From: Macrostomum lignano
Lineage: Eukaryota
Direction: 5' to 3'
Length of the DNA: 25,453 bases
NCBI GenBank assembly: GCA_002269645.1
Contig: NIVC01005127.1
Coordinates: forward strand, 1-25,453
In this document: in pieces, positions 10,323 through 22,355 of the stretch
Position numbering within the stretch: the stretch's first letter is position 1
Layout: each line of letters opens with the position of its first letter
Notes under the pieces: model-generated
Told to the model about the DNA's origin: nothing
The model's database searches: none
The model's input: the letters and a program-made list of their open reading frames with translations, nothing else
Program-made: the position numbers and the translations under genes

Positions 10323-10820
10323 ATGGAAGTTGAGCAGGTTGAGCTGCTGTGCAAGCAGCTGTATGAGACGCAGGATGCTTCATTGCGCTCAGAGGCTGAG
10401 AAAGCGCTAGTGAACTTGACCAATGATCCATTGTGCATGTCAAAATGTCAACTGCTGTTGGAACGGGCCAATTCTCCCTATTCTCAGCTGGTTGCCAGCA
10501 ACAGTCTCACTAAACTGCTGTCAAAGCCTTCGCTTAGTCTGTCAGTTGAAGAGCGCCTAGAGATGCGCAATTATGTGCTGAGGTACTTAGCCCAGCATTC
10601 TGGCAAGCTAGTTAGCTACGTGCAGCAGAGCTTGGCCCAGCTGTTCTGCCGTCTGACTCGGCTGGGCTGGTTCGACTCGGACAGTAAAGAGGATTGGCCG
10701 TTTCGCAATGTTGTTCAGTTAATTACTAATTTTCTGCAGAGACCGGACTCGCAGCATGTGCTGATTGGAGTGCAGCTGCTTTCACAGTTGGTTGCCGAGA
10801 TGAATACGTTTGCTGATCAG
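10323..10820 (+). CDS. XPO7: Exportin-7 (RanBP16/17 family) coding exon 1
   Basis: [29 protein letters not shown]...KCQLLLERANSPYSQL...RNYVL...LGWFD matches human [24 protein letters not shown]. ATG in aaacATG context; donor CAG|GTGAGC; 166 codons. Confidence 0.95.
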
Positions 10821-10879
10821 GTGAGCATGTTAGTCACTTGGAAGTCATAGGCCTTCCAATGCAGTTACAAAATAGGTTT

Positions 10880-11462
10880 CTGTTAATTAGTGTGCTGGGT
10901 CCAGGTGTTCTAATGAGTTTGCTATGCTAGTTGTGCAAAAATAGTTATTTGCCCTAATTCTTTGCTAGATGTGCTAATTAGTGTGCTAGGTGCTCTAATT
11001 GTTGCATTAGGTGCTTTTATTTGGTGTGCTAGGTGTTCTAATTGGTGTGCTAGGTGTTCTAATTGGTGTGCTAGGTGTTCTAATTGGTGTGCTAGGTGTT
11101 CTAACTGGTGTGCTAGGTGTTCTAACTGGTGTGCTAGGTGTTCTAATTGGTGTGCTAGGTGTTATATTTGGTGTGCTAGGTGTTCTAATTGGTGTGCTAG
11201 GTGCTCTAATTGGTGTCCTAGGTTCTCTAATTGTTGCATTAGGTGCTTTTATTTGGTGTGCTAGGTGTTCTAATTGGTGTGCTAGGGGCTCTAATTGGTG
11301 TGCTAGGTGCTCTAATTGGTGTGCTAGGTGCTCTAATTGGTGTGCTAGGTGTTCTATTTGGTGTGCTAGGTGTTCTAATTGGTGTGCTAGGTGCTCTAAT
11401 TGGTGTGCTAGGTGCTCTAATTGGTGTGCTAGGTTAGGTGCTCTAATTGGTGTGTGCTAGGC
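10880..11462. repeat. 21-bp minisatellite (ctaattggtgtgctaggtgtt) in XPO7 intron 1
   Basis: More than 20 near-identical copies; gives 7-aa repeat ORFs (CARCSNW, GVLGVLI). Confidence 0.97.
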
Positions 11463-11616
11463 TTCTAGCGCAGGGTGTATTAGTTTGTTACGCTTTCAAA
11501 ATATACAATATTCATAAAATGGAAACATCAGGCCTTTATATCGCTTTTTTACTAGCTACTACTACTGTTAGTACTAAGCTTTACCTCGCCATCTGCCTAA
11601 TTAACCTCTCCTGCAG

Positions 11617-12378
11617 GAGTCCAGCCGCTCCCTGAGCATGCACAGGAAAATCGCTTCCTCATTCCGCGACTCTCAGTTATTCGAAATATTCCGACTCGGC
11701 TGCTCTCTGCTACGCGACGCGTCCTCGAATTTGAAATCGCTCAGCAGCTCGGTCGCCGATCCGTCATCAACCGAGCACAATCTGCTAGCGCACACGCTTC
11801 GCCTAGTAAAGAACTGCTTGAACTTTGATTTCATCGGCACAGCTGGCGACGAATCAGCCGACGATTTGAGCACCGTCCAAATACCGACCTCTTGGCGGCC
11901 GGCCTTCTTCGATCAGGACTGCGTACTGCCCGGCCTGTTCTTTGAGCTGTTCTCCGGATTGCCTGCCAGCCTGGCTCCGCTGTCCCTGGCCTGCCTAGTC
12001 CAGGTGGCCTCAATCCGCCGCTCCCTGTTCTCCAATGCCGAACGGGCCGCATTTCTTAATTCGTTGGTTCGCGGAGTTCGCGACATTCTGCGCAATCCTG
12101 TTGGTCTGAACGATCCGTCGTGTTATCACGAATTCTGCCGACTGGTTGCCCGGCTCAAGTCTAATTATCAGCTTGGCGAGTTGGTTCGGATTGAAGCCTA
12201 TGATGAGTTTATTAAACTCATCGCCGATTTTACTGTTCGCAGCTTGCAGCTGTACAATTTTGGATCGAATAGCGTGCACTATCTGCTGTCTCTATGGCAA
12301 CGCATGGTCGCTTCGATACCGTATTTGAAAGTTACCGAGCCGCACTATTTAGAGGCCTATGTGCCAGAGATTGTAACG
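11617..12378 (+). CDS. XPO7: Exportin-7 coding exon 2
   Basis: Acceptor cctgcag|[25 protein letters not shown]...CLNFDFIGT...TVQIPTSWR...[21 protein letters not shown]...[12 protein letters not shown]...YVPEIVT. Donor ACG|GTATGT; 254 codons. Confidence 0.96.
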
Positions 12379-12437
12379 GTATGTTTATTTGTGTTGGTTG
12401 TAATTGCCAAAATTTATTGGTTCTCCAAAGCAGGTCG

Positions 12438-13520
<1,083 letters not shown>

Positions 13521-13643
13521 GCTGAAGTCACGTAGGCTGAAGTGGCTGAAGTACTTTGTCTCTGCTGTCAAACCCAAAGTTGCTTCCCATATCCTAGACC
13601 TAAACACACACAGTTAAGTAATGCCAAATTGCATTCCCAACAG

Positions 13644-14183
13644 GCCTACGTGACCTCCCGAGTGGACTCCGTATCGCTAGTGTTTCGCGAGGGCCTCGAG
13701 CAGCCCCTGGACGATGTGAATTTGGTCAGCCAACAGTTGGAACAATTAGCTACCATTGGTCGTTGCGAATACGAGAAAACTGTTCAACTGCTTGTACAGT
13801 TATTTGACCAATCAGCTTCGGCCTATAGTCAGGTGATGCCGCTGGGCGGTACAGATGTACTTGTGCAAGAGTGCAAACTGGCCTGGCTGACCTATTTTAT
13901 GGGCGCCTGCGTTGGCGGCAGGATATCCTTTAATTCAACCGATGTTCACGACGAATTGGACTCGGAGCTCTGCTGCCGGGTGCTCCAACTGATGCGGCTG
14001 GCCGACCAGCGGCTGCCCCACGCTGCTCACAGGCTGGAGCTGGCGTTTCTCTACTTTCTAGACCAATTTCGCAAGATCTACGTTGGCGACTCGGTGCAGA
14101 AGGCCTGCAAAGTCTATAGAAGAATGGGCGAAGTATTGGGCATAGCAGATGAGAGTGCGATTCTGGCTGTGTTTGTTACTAAG
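13644..14183 (+). CDS. XPO7: Exportin-7 coding exon 3 (ends at a GC donor)
   Basis: Acceptor caacag|GCC. AYVTSRVDSV...LATIGRCEYEKT...LFDQSA...GGRISF...FRKIYVGD...VFVTK. Donor AAG|GCAAGT; 180 codons. Confidence 0.93.
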
Positions 14184-14220
14184 GCAAGTGTTTTGCTATT
14201 GTTCTTCCTAGAAAGGCTAA

Positions 14221-14640
14221 GGGGGGTCACCTGACCCCTTTTATAAAGACAAGTGGTTTAACGATTCTCAAGAATTCCCAGGGGTCAGTGACCCCTTCCA
14301 GAAGTACAAGTATTTCGAAGATTCTCGAGAATTCCAGGGGTCAGTTGACCCCTATTAGAAGTACAAGTGTTTCCAAGATTCCTAAGAATTCCAAGGGGGG
14401 TCAGTTGACCCCTACCAGAAGTACAAGTATTTCAAATATTCCCAAGAATTTCAAGGGGGGGGGGGTCAAGTGACCCCTTAGAATTTCAAGTGGTTTGATG
14501 ATTCCTAAAAAATTCCAGTGGTCACGTGACCACCATAGGAGTTCAAAGAAGGTTTAAAGGGTCTGATGGACCCTCCCTAAGAAATCCGAAGGTCAACTGA
14601 CCCCTCCCCCAACAAGTATAGGGGTCAGGTGTCCCCCTAA
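14221..14640. repeat. Degenerate ~56-65-bp tandem repeat, each unit carrying a GGGGTCA-N1-2-TGACCCC palindrome, XPO7 intron 3
   Basis: Palindromes start at 14223, 14281, 14337, 14397, 14462, 14519, 14590 and 14621. Confidence 0.9.
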
Positions 14641-14773
14641 GAAATACAATACGTGAAATGATCTCCAAATTGGGTCTAGATATCAGACTATCTCGGTGTA
14701 AAATCAAGGGGTCATCCGGCAATAACCAACGGTAAAAGTCCTAACAATTTTTTTTCAATCAACAAACTCTCAG

Positions 14774-15256
14774 GTAATAGCCAATCTAAAATTCTGGAGC
14801 CACCACGAGACCATCATAGGCCGCACATTGGCCCTGCTCAGCGATCTCAGCGCCGGCTATTCCGCAGTGCGCAAACTGGTCAGACTAGAAAGCGTCCAAT
14901 TCGTACTGGCCAATCATTCCGCCGCGCATTTCCCGTTCCTCAGCGGCCAGGAGACCCTGCCGACTAGGCTGAAATTTCGCACCTCATTCTATGCCGCTCT
15001 GGGCCGCCTGCTGATGGTCGATCTGGGCGAAGACGAGGACCGATTCCAGGCGTTTATGCAGCCGCTAACTGACGCATTCTCTAATGTTGGCAATTTGCTC
15101 AATTCAAATCAACTGCAGGAGGCTCAGACTGGCCTTGTTGGCTTGGCTAGAGATCTGCGCGGCATTGCGTTCAGTTTGAATACTAAGACTGCCTATATGA
15201 TGCTGCTGGATTGGTTTTGCCCGGACTATTCACAGCTTATGGTCAAGGCGCTTGAG
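14774..15256 (+). CDS. XPO7: Exportin-7 coding exon 4
   Basis: Acceptor ctctcag|GTA. VIANLKFWS...DLSAGYSAVRKLVRL...ALGRLLMVDLGEDED...LVGLARDLRGIAF...KALE. Donor GAG|GTTTGT; 161 codons. Confidence 0.95.
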
Positions 15257-15276
15257 GTTTGTGGCCGTTTACACAT

Positions 15277-16165
15277 TGCCTCTCTCTCCCTCCCAGCTCA
15301 CTATCTCCCTCTATCCCATTGTCTCCCTCTCCCATCTCACTGTCTCCCTCTATCCCATTGTCTCCCTCTCCCATCTCACTGTCTCCCTCTCCTATCCCAC
15401 TGTCTCCCTCCCACCCTCCCATCTCACTGTCTCCCTCCATCTCATTGTCTCCCTCTCCCATCTCACTGTCTCCCTCTATCTCATTGTCTCCCTCTCCCAT
15501 CTCACTGTCTCCCTCTCTCATCTCACTGTCTCACTCTCTCATCTCACTTTCTCCATCTTCTATCTCAGTGCCTCCCTCTCCTATCCCACTGTCTCCCTCC
15601 CTCCCTCCCATCTCACTGTCTCCCTCTATCTCACTGTCTCCCTCTCCTATCTCACTGTCTCCCTCTCTCATCTCACTGTATCTCTCTCATTTCAATGTCT
15701 CCCACTCCTATCTCTCTGTCTCTCTTTCTCATCTCACTTTCTCCATCTTTTATCTCAGTGTCTCCCTCTCATGTCACTGTCTCTCTCTCCCATCTCACTG
15801 TTTCCCTCTCCCATCTCAATCTCCCATCTCACTGTTTCCCTCTCCCATCTCACTGTCTCTCTCATTTCAATGTCTCCCACTCCTATCTCTCTGTCTCTCT
15901 TTCTCATCTTACTCTCTCCATCTTCTATCTCAGTGTCTCCCTCTCCCATCTCACTGTCTCTCTCATCTCACTCTCCCTCTCCCATCTCACTGTCTCCCTC
16001 TCCTATCTCTCTCATCTCACTGTCTCCCTCTTCCATCTCACTGTCTCCCTCTCCTATCTCTCTCATCTCACTGTCTCCCTCTCCCATCTCACTGTCTCTC
16101 TCATCTCAGTGCCTTCCTCTCCTATCCCACTGTCTCCGTCCCATCTCACCGTCTCCCTCCATTAT
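15277..16165. repeat. 21-bp CT-rich minisatellite (ctccctctcccatctcactgt), XPO7 intron 4
   Basis: About 40 degenerate copies; nearly stop-free in all + frames, giving artefactual 321-506 aa ORFs. Confidence 0.96.
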
Positions 16166-16280
16166 GTGTCTATCGATCCATATCCCGCCTCACACTGTTT
16201 CCTGTTCTTCGATACTACAAGTAGTAAAGCTAGTACTAGAACAAAAATTTAATACCGAACTAAACAACTCCGGATGGCAG

Positions 16281-16903
16281 GTCTGGGGCGCCTCCCCCGA
16301 GGTGACCACCCCGATCCTGAAGCTGTACGCCGAGGTGGCGCAAAACCGGTCCAACCGGCTGCAGTTCGACGTGGCCAGCCCGGACGGTGTCCTCCTGTTC
16401 CGCGAGCTGTCCCGGGTTGTCTGCACCTACGGCGAAGGCCTTCTGGCCAGACAGCCGCCTAAGGAACGAATCTATCATCACAAGTTGAAGGGCATCGCTG
16501 TCTGCTTTACTATATTGAAAGCAAGTCTATCTGGCAACTATGTGAACCTTGGCGTATTCAGTCTGTACCAGGACCAGCATTGGACTCTGCGCTGTCTGTA
16601 TTTGTCCGCCTATTGCTCAGCGTTGAACAGACTGAACTGTTGCAATATCCGAAACTGTCTCAGGCTTATTATCCTCTGCTGGACTGTCTGGCTCAGGACC
16701 ATGTGTACTTCTTGGCCGGCTCCGAGCCCACTGTCTTTCTGTACGTGCTGCAATCCGTTCACGATGGCCTGACTTCTTCCGATACTCTGGTCTGCTCGGC
16801 TTGCTGCGCTGTGCTCGATAGTCTGCTCAGCTTCCTCTTCACCTGTCTGCAACGGCGCGGCAGACTAAGGCCTCGGCAAAGGGAGGCGTGCGATCGAATG
16901 CAG
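16281..16903 (+). CDS. XPO7: Exportin-7 coding exon 5; 1-nt deletion near 16575; ends at a probable GC donor
   Basis: Acceptor ggcag|GTC. VWGASPEVTTPILKL...NRSNRLQFDVASPDGVLLFRE...KLKGIAVCF...LSGNYVNLGVFSLYQD, then after a -1 correction ALDSAL...YPKLSQAYY...QDH...CSACCAVLD...CDRMQ. Donor CAG|GCGAGT. Confidence 0.9.
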
Positions 16904-16939
16904 GCGAGTTGCTGCGATGCTTGGATTTGGAAAAATATG

Positions 16940-17345
16940 AGGAGTTCTGGTCCGCTATCAGTATTTATTGGTTGCCATGGGGACTTCTGGGTTGCTATGG
17001 CGATTTATTGGTTGTCATGGGAAATTCTGGGTTGTTATGGGGATTTATTGATTGTCATGGGAAATTCTGGGTTGCTATGGCGATTTATTTGTTGTCATTG
17101 CTAATTCTGGGTTGCTATGGGGATTTATTGGTTGTCATGAGAAAATTCTGGGTTGTTATGGGGATTTATTGATTGTCATTGGAAATTCTAGGTTGCTATG
17201 AGGATTTATTGGCTGTCATTGCTAATTCTGGGTGGTTATGGGGATTTATTGGTTGTCATGGGGATTTCTAAGTTTCTATGAGGTTTTATGGCTCTATGAG
17301 GATGTTTGTTTTGCTATGGGGATTTGAATCGATTATGGAGTTTAA
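16940..17345. repeat. 40-bp (2 x 20) minisatellite, XPO7 intron 5
   Basis: Blocks gaaattctgg gttgctatgg ggatttattg gttgtcatgg repeat with period 40 and decay toward the 3' end. Confidence 0.93.
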
Positions 17346-17565
17346 GAGTCACTATTCGGATTTATTGGTTAATGTATAGATTTGGAGATTGATGATATGG
17401 AGACTTCTAGGTTGCTATGGGATTAATAATCGCTTTGTATAAATTTTCGTGGATTCGGTTTGGGAACCTTCTATGAACTATTAGGGCTATTATCGAGTTA
17501 TATATAGAGGATTTCTAAATGGTTAATATATTAATAATCGCGCTTGCAATTATCCGCCCACGCAG

Positions 17566-17934
17566 ACCAGTGTCCAGCCCCGCCTGCTGGAGCAGCTGCT
17601 GGTCACCCTGCTCAACATTGTGGTATTCGAAGATTGCCGGCACCAATGGAGCCTGTCCCGGCCGCTGCTGCCGCTCATACTGCTAAATGAGAAATGCTTC
17701 CAAGAGGTGCGCGCCTCCATCATCAGCTCGCAGCAGTGGGGCGGCGGCCAGGCCGGGATGGAGCGGCAATCGGCCGTGTCCGCCTGTTTCGACAAGCTCA
17801 TGGAGGGCGTCGAGCGGAATCTGCTGGTTCGGAATCGGGACAAGTTCACCCAGAATCTGTCGCTGTTCAGGCGGGACATTGGCGACGCGTTGAAAGCCGC
17901 CCCGGCTGTTGACCTTGGCAACGAGATGTCCTGA
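17566..17934 (+). CDS. XPO7: Exportin-7 coding exon 6 (terminal)
   Basis: Acceptor cacgcag|[45 protein letters not shown]...[30 protein letters not shown]...NEMS*. The joined protein is about 1091 aa, similar to human XPO7. Confidence 0.95.
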   Translation, partial: TSVQPRLLEQLLVTLLNIVVFEDCRHQWSLSRPLLPLILLNEKCFQEVRASIISSQQWGGGQAGMERQSAVSACFDKLMEGVERNLLVRNRDKFTQNLSLFRRDIGDALKAAPAVDLGNEMS

Positions 17935-17946
17935 ATACTGCGATTG

Positions 17947-17952
17947 AATAAA
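17947..17952 (+). terminator. Putative polyadenylation signal AATAAA of XPO7
   Basis: 12 nt after the TGA; would imply a very short 3' UTR. Confidence 0.45.
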
Positions 17953-19204
17953 TAACAGGACCGACTAGGCCAAAAACACAGGCGTCAGAGACTTGTCGCT
18001 TTCCTTTATTCATAAAATCCCGTCCCCTCTGTTCTCTCTAATCTTGGCTTTAGCACCACCTATCAATTATGTGTGTTATTTCACAGAAAGCTGGGCTGCT
18101 TCGCTTCTATGAAAAATATGTTTTTTGAAGGCTCAAAGTAGCAAGCATTGAGCCTTTGAAAATTTCTTGAAACGATTTGCCTCGTCTTGTCTACTTACTA
18201 ATAGTACACGGTTTGAATTTGTATTTAATCTACATGAAAAAGGTGTGTATTATAATGCCTAATGCTAAGTACTTTTTAATGTCCATAAAAGGCCAGTAAA
18301 TAAAAAAATTATATTTATTACGCCTAAGTACATTGTTAATGTACATGTTCAAGTGTACAGATTGCTCACACACTGCGGTGACGTGCAAAATGCGCCCACT
18401 AAATTTACATATTTTAGTATAATTTAATTATCAAAAAATGCTTCATATTTCCTGTGTACTCTATGGTTATTTTTGCAGGCATTGAGCAGTGTACATCATG
18501 TCTAATGTCTAGTTTCTGGCTGCAGGTCGATATTCTGTAAAAACAATTTCTTATTTAGTAGGTTAAAAAACGGTGAGTAGCTTTTTTGCTTTAATCTTGC
18601 TGTATTCAAGTTTGGCACAAGTACAACTAGTTACATTCAAATTAGCATTTCGGAAGAAATTCTCTGCCCGAAATTGCTTTGAGAGAGACACATAGAGATT
18701 GTTCCCGACTTATAATGTGCATTATGGTTTTACCCCTGATTTGCAACTTATTGATGCCATCAACTGCAAGAAAGATTTATTACTGTCAACCGACTGCTTC
18801 ACAGACCCCCTGTTTGGGCCATAGACAGGTGAACAGCAAGTCTTTAGTAGCTTGGCTCTCCCGCAAAGGATTGAACTGCTTGCACCTAGGTAAATGCTAA
18901 ATTTCCGAGTATCTATAATCCGGTCCTCGGGTCAATTAATAAGCATATTTTTTCTTGTCTGATTTTTGCTGCTCGCGTGTTAGATTATTTTGTGTCTAAA
19001 AATTGCTTCTTTTATTATCCCTTTCCATTTGTTCAACTGTCTGTATTCATTGATTTTATTGTAACACGCGGTCTGTTAACCATTGCTGTTTGCTAACTAT
19101 TATATTAATCTATTGTTGGAACTTTGCCGTTCAATACCTGTGCCCAAGTTGTCAAGCGGAAGGATTTTTCTCAGTTGCTTCTTCTATTATATAGGATCAC
19201 TTGG

Positions 19205-19617
19205 ATTGAATCTAATCCAAGATTTGTTTGCAATGGAGCTTTTGTCTATGGTGGCAGGGCTGCCACAGCGGCATTTAATTTGGTCCATAGCGGCTATGAA
19301 ACCCAATCATGAGTCACAGTTGTGTAATGCAATTTATTGAAGCAAATTTCACTGTGCCAACGCAAGGTGACGTCAAAAATTCAAAGAGCAAAAAGCCCAT
19401 GGCATTTGTTCAACAGTCTGGCATAATGGTCCACGATTCTGGGGCTTATGAAGCACCGATTTCTTGCTCACTGCCTGTGACAGTCATGTCTAAATGAAAA
19501 TCTAGGGGTGAAACTGCAGAGCAACTATGGGACCAAATTAGATGCCGCTGTGCCAGCCTTGCTACTATAGACAGAAGCTCCGTTACTTTGGCAAACGTAT
19601 CTTGGATTAAATTCAAT
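19205..19617. mobile_element. Diverged ~100-bp inverted repeat pair (19205-19299 / 19516-19617); MITE/foldback-like remnant
   Basis: attgaatctaatccaagat...ggagcttttgtctatggtggcagggctgccacagcggcatttaatttggtccatag aligns at roughly 80% to the reverse complement of the second arm; the ORF track also shows LNLIQD...QRHLIWS on both strands. Confidence 0.6.
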
Positions 19618-20475
19618 GCGTGTAGGCCCAAATGGACTGAAAAATGCTGTACTGCCTTTGTCTGTTATAGCTACTCAATGAAAATGCGCAACACGTAGGT
19701 CGGATTTATAATAGATATTGATTAGAGAGGTTGGGCCATAGACAGCAGAAACAGTGAGAAACAGAGGTCATTGTGCTCCTACGCATGCGAATAAGCGCAT
19801 GTACGCTGGCGCACACTGGCTCACATAGGTTGTACAGCGGTCCTGACTGTCTTATCTGTCAGTCATGTACACTTTTTTGGCCCTCCAATCTAGCGCTTCA
19901 GAACTTAAAACAATCAAACGACTGCATTATTGTAGTATAGCTTGGCCAGACAAAAGCCAATCACCTTGGCATTTTGCCTGCTAGATTGAATCCAACATGG
20001 GACAAAGGTTTGGAGAATGCCGTATTGTGCATATTTATTGAGTTATCACTTGCCACCGAAGCCCGCGTGTGTGGTTTCGTTGTCTGAAATTCGATTTGTA
20101 TTTTTTCTACTCAAGGCCGAGTTGCTCGAGTCCGGTCCCCACCGATTTATCTCCTCTGCCCCGACTACAGGAGCAACCAGCAACGCTTGTTCGGTCTCTG
20201 TTTAAAAATGCATTTACTTCTATTTGTAGTAGTAATAGCGGTATAAACTGTAATGACAAGTTCGCCCGAGGCTCTTCTTTAATGAAGAAAACAATAAATC
20301 AAATAAATTATAAATTGGATGCGCAGCCTGTGCGCGTGCGTATCTGAAATTCGGATTGAGCGATGACTGACTTTGAAAAATACTTGTTTTAATTAAATGC
20401 GTGTCCAAGTGTGGTCTGTTCTATTTATTCGATTAGTTTACATTCACAAGTCAGGCAGAAGAACAGGGCAGGACG

Positions 20476-21184
20476 GACAGGACCAGCTTACACAGATCAT
20501 CGAAGACAGGAACAGCTGACATATCATAGGGAGACAGGAACAGCTGACATATCATAGGAGACAGGATCAGCTGACAGATCATAGGAGACAGGAACAGCTG
20601 ACATCGTAGGAGACAGGACCAGCGCACATATCATAGGAGACAGGACCAGCGCACATATCATAGGAGACAGGACCAGCGCACATATCATAGGAGACAGGAA
20701 CAGCTGACATATCATAGGGAGACAGAAACAGCTGACAGATCATAGGGAGACAGGAACAGCTGACAGATCATAGGAGACAGGAACAGCTGACATATCATAG
20801 GGAGACAGAAACAGCTGACAGATCATAGGGAGACAGGAACAGCTGACAGATCATAGGAGACAGGAACAGCTGACAGATCATAGGAGACAGGAACAGCTGA
20901 CAGATCATAGGAGACAGGAACAGCTGACAGATCATAGGAGACAGGAACAGCTGACAGATCATAGGAGACAGGAACAGCTGACAGATCATAGGAGACAGGA
21001 ACAGCTGACAGATCATAGGAGACAGGAACAGCTGACAGATCATAGGAGACAGGAACAGCTGACAGATCATAGGAGACAGGAACAGCTGACAGATCATAGG
21101 AGACAGGAACAGCTGACAGATCATAGGAGACAGGAACAGCTGACAGATCATAGGAGACAGGAACAGCTGACAGATCATAGGGAG
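20476..21184. repeat. 27-bp minisatellite (ggagacaggaacagctgacagatcata) between XPO7 and the kinesin
   Basis: About 25 copies; gives a 9-aa repeat ORF (MICQLFLSP) on the minus strand. Confidence 0.97.
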
Positions 21185-22255
21185 AAGGAAGACGGGAATT
21201 TTTTATGTTTTAAGGATTGTCTCTCAATTTAGTCAGAAAAAAGGTGCAAGCAAATAGCTTTACACCACTTTCTCTTCACAATTGCGAGTTAAAGATGTCT
21301 GTCTCATATAAACACGAGCGTATATCTATATATATATCTATATCTCGTATGTCTAATTGAAATCAGACATTATTTACAAACCTAAATTAATAATCTCCCA
21401 ACAGGGAATATTGTATCTGCATGGCAACACCATTCTGTCTAGACCATACAAAATATGCAATGAAGGGTGACGATTTGTACTCGTATTTATAGTTTGCAGA
21501 AATATGGGAAATTTGGCAACCAGTTCCCCGACATTTCTATCCAATTTAATTGGCCTTTCTGAATGCTCCTCCCTGTGCGCTGTTTAAAGCCTGCTGGCTA
21601 GCTGCTGGAAACTCTGTACTCATCCTGTGCTCTCTAAATTCTCTTCCCAGAAGCAGCTGCAGTGCTCCAGAAAAGCTCCTAGAGACCGTGTCGCCCAACC
21701 CCTCCCAAGCTTGTACTGCCGACCGGATCGCTCACCCCATGCCTCCAGCTCCTTAGCATTGCATTCTCCCTCATCTCCCAGCCTCTCCCCTAGCATTGGT
21801 GCAGAGGTTATCTCCCCGCCCCACACACGCACGCCTGTGCACGGGACACACTGCATGGCATCCACTTTCAAAGTGCTGGCGCCGCCGCCAGCCTCTCGCG
21901 CCGCTGAAACCTCCCGACAGCTCAGCCCCATCGATTTTCCTGCCCCTTCGGCTTTCTCTCTCTCTTGGCTGCACTTCCCCTCCCAGCCTCCCCCAGACCG
22001 TCCTATCTGCATGCTAGATGAAGCGCTTAGGACTGGCCCTATCAGTGCCGCTGGAGCCCGCAGACGTCCCACGTAGTAGCGAAGCCTGCAGGACAGACAG
22101 TCGGACAAAGCGAACGGCCCTGGTGGTGTGTGTGACACGTGTCTGCATGCCCGCCTGCCGCTGCTGCTGCCTCTGCAGCACAAGCCAGTCTGTTGGTCTA
22201 TTTTCTTCTATTAGTATTTTAATAACAGACTTATAGACTCGGAACTCCTAGGGTC

Positions 22256-22355
22256 ATGTCGTCAGTGAAGGTGGCAGTTCGGGTCCGGCCGTTCAACAGT
22301 CGCGAGCTGCACAGCGATGCCAAGTGCATAATTGAGATGCGCGACAACACAACGT
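22256..22355 (+). CDS. unc-104: Kinesin-3 (KIF1A/unc-104-like) coding exon 1
   Basis: [33 protein letters not shown] matches KIF1[32 protein letters not shown]. Donor T|GTGAGC, phase 1. Missed by the ORF track. Confidence 0.92.

Noticed and set aside
10962-11460. Cys/Trp-rich (CARCSNW) and GVLGVLI repeat ORFs; likewise IYLS (13299-13607), MICQLFLSP (20795-21178) and ORFs at 23754-24060 and 24976-25164
   Set aside because: Translations of tandem repeats inside introns or intergenic DNA, with no independent coding evidence.
14828-16772. Long 474, 506 and 321 aa ORFs across XPO7 intron 4
   Set aside because: Read-through of a stop-free CT minisatellite. Homology to XPO7 is continuous only when 15257-16280 is spliced out.
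21550-22236. ORFs of 187 aa (minus) and 149 aa (plus) upstream of the kinesin
   Set aside because: No recognisable motif; overlapping open frames on both strands are expected in GC-rich upstream sequence.
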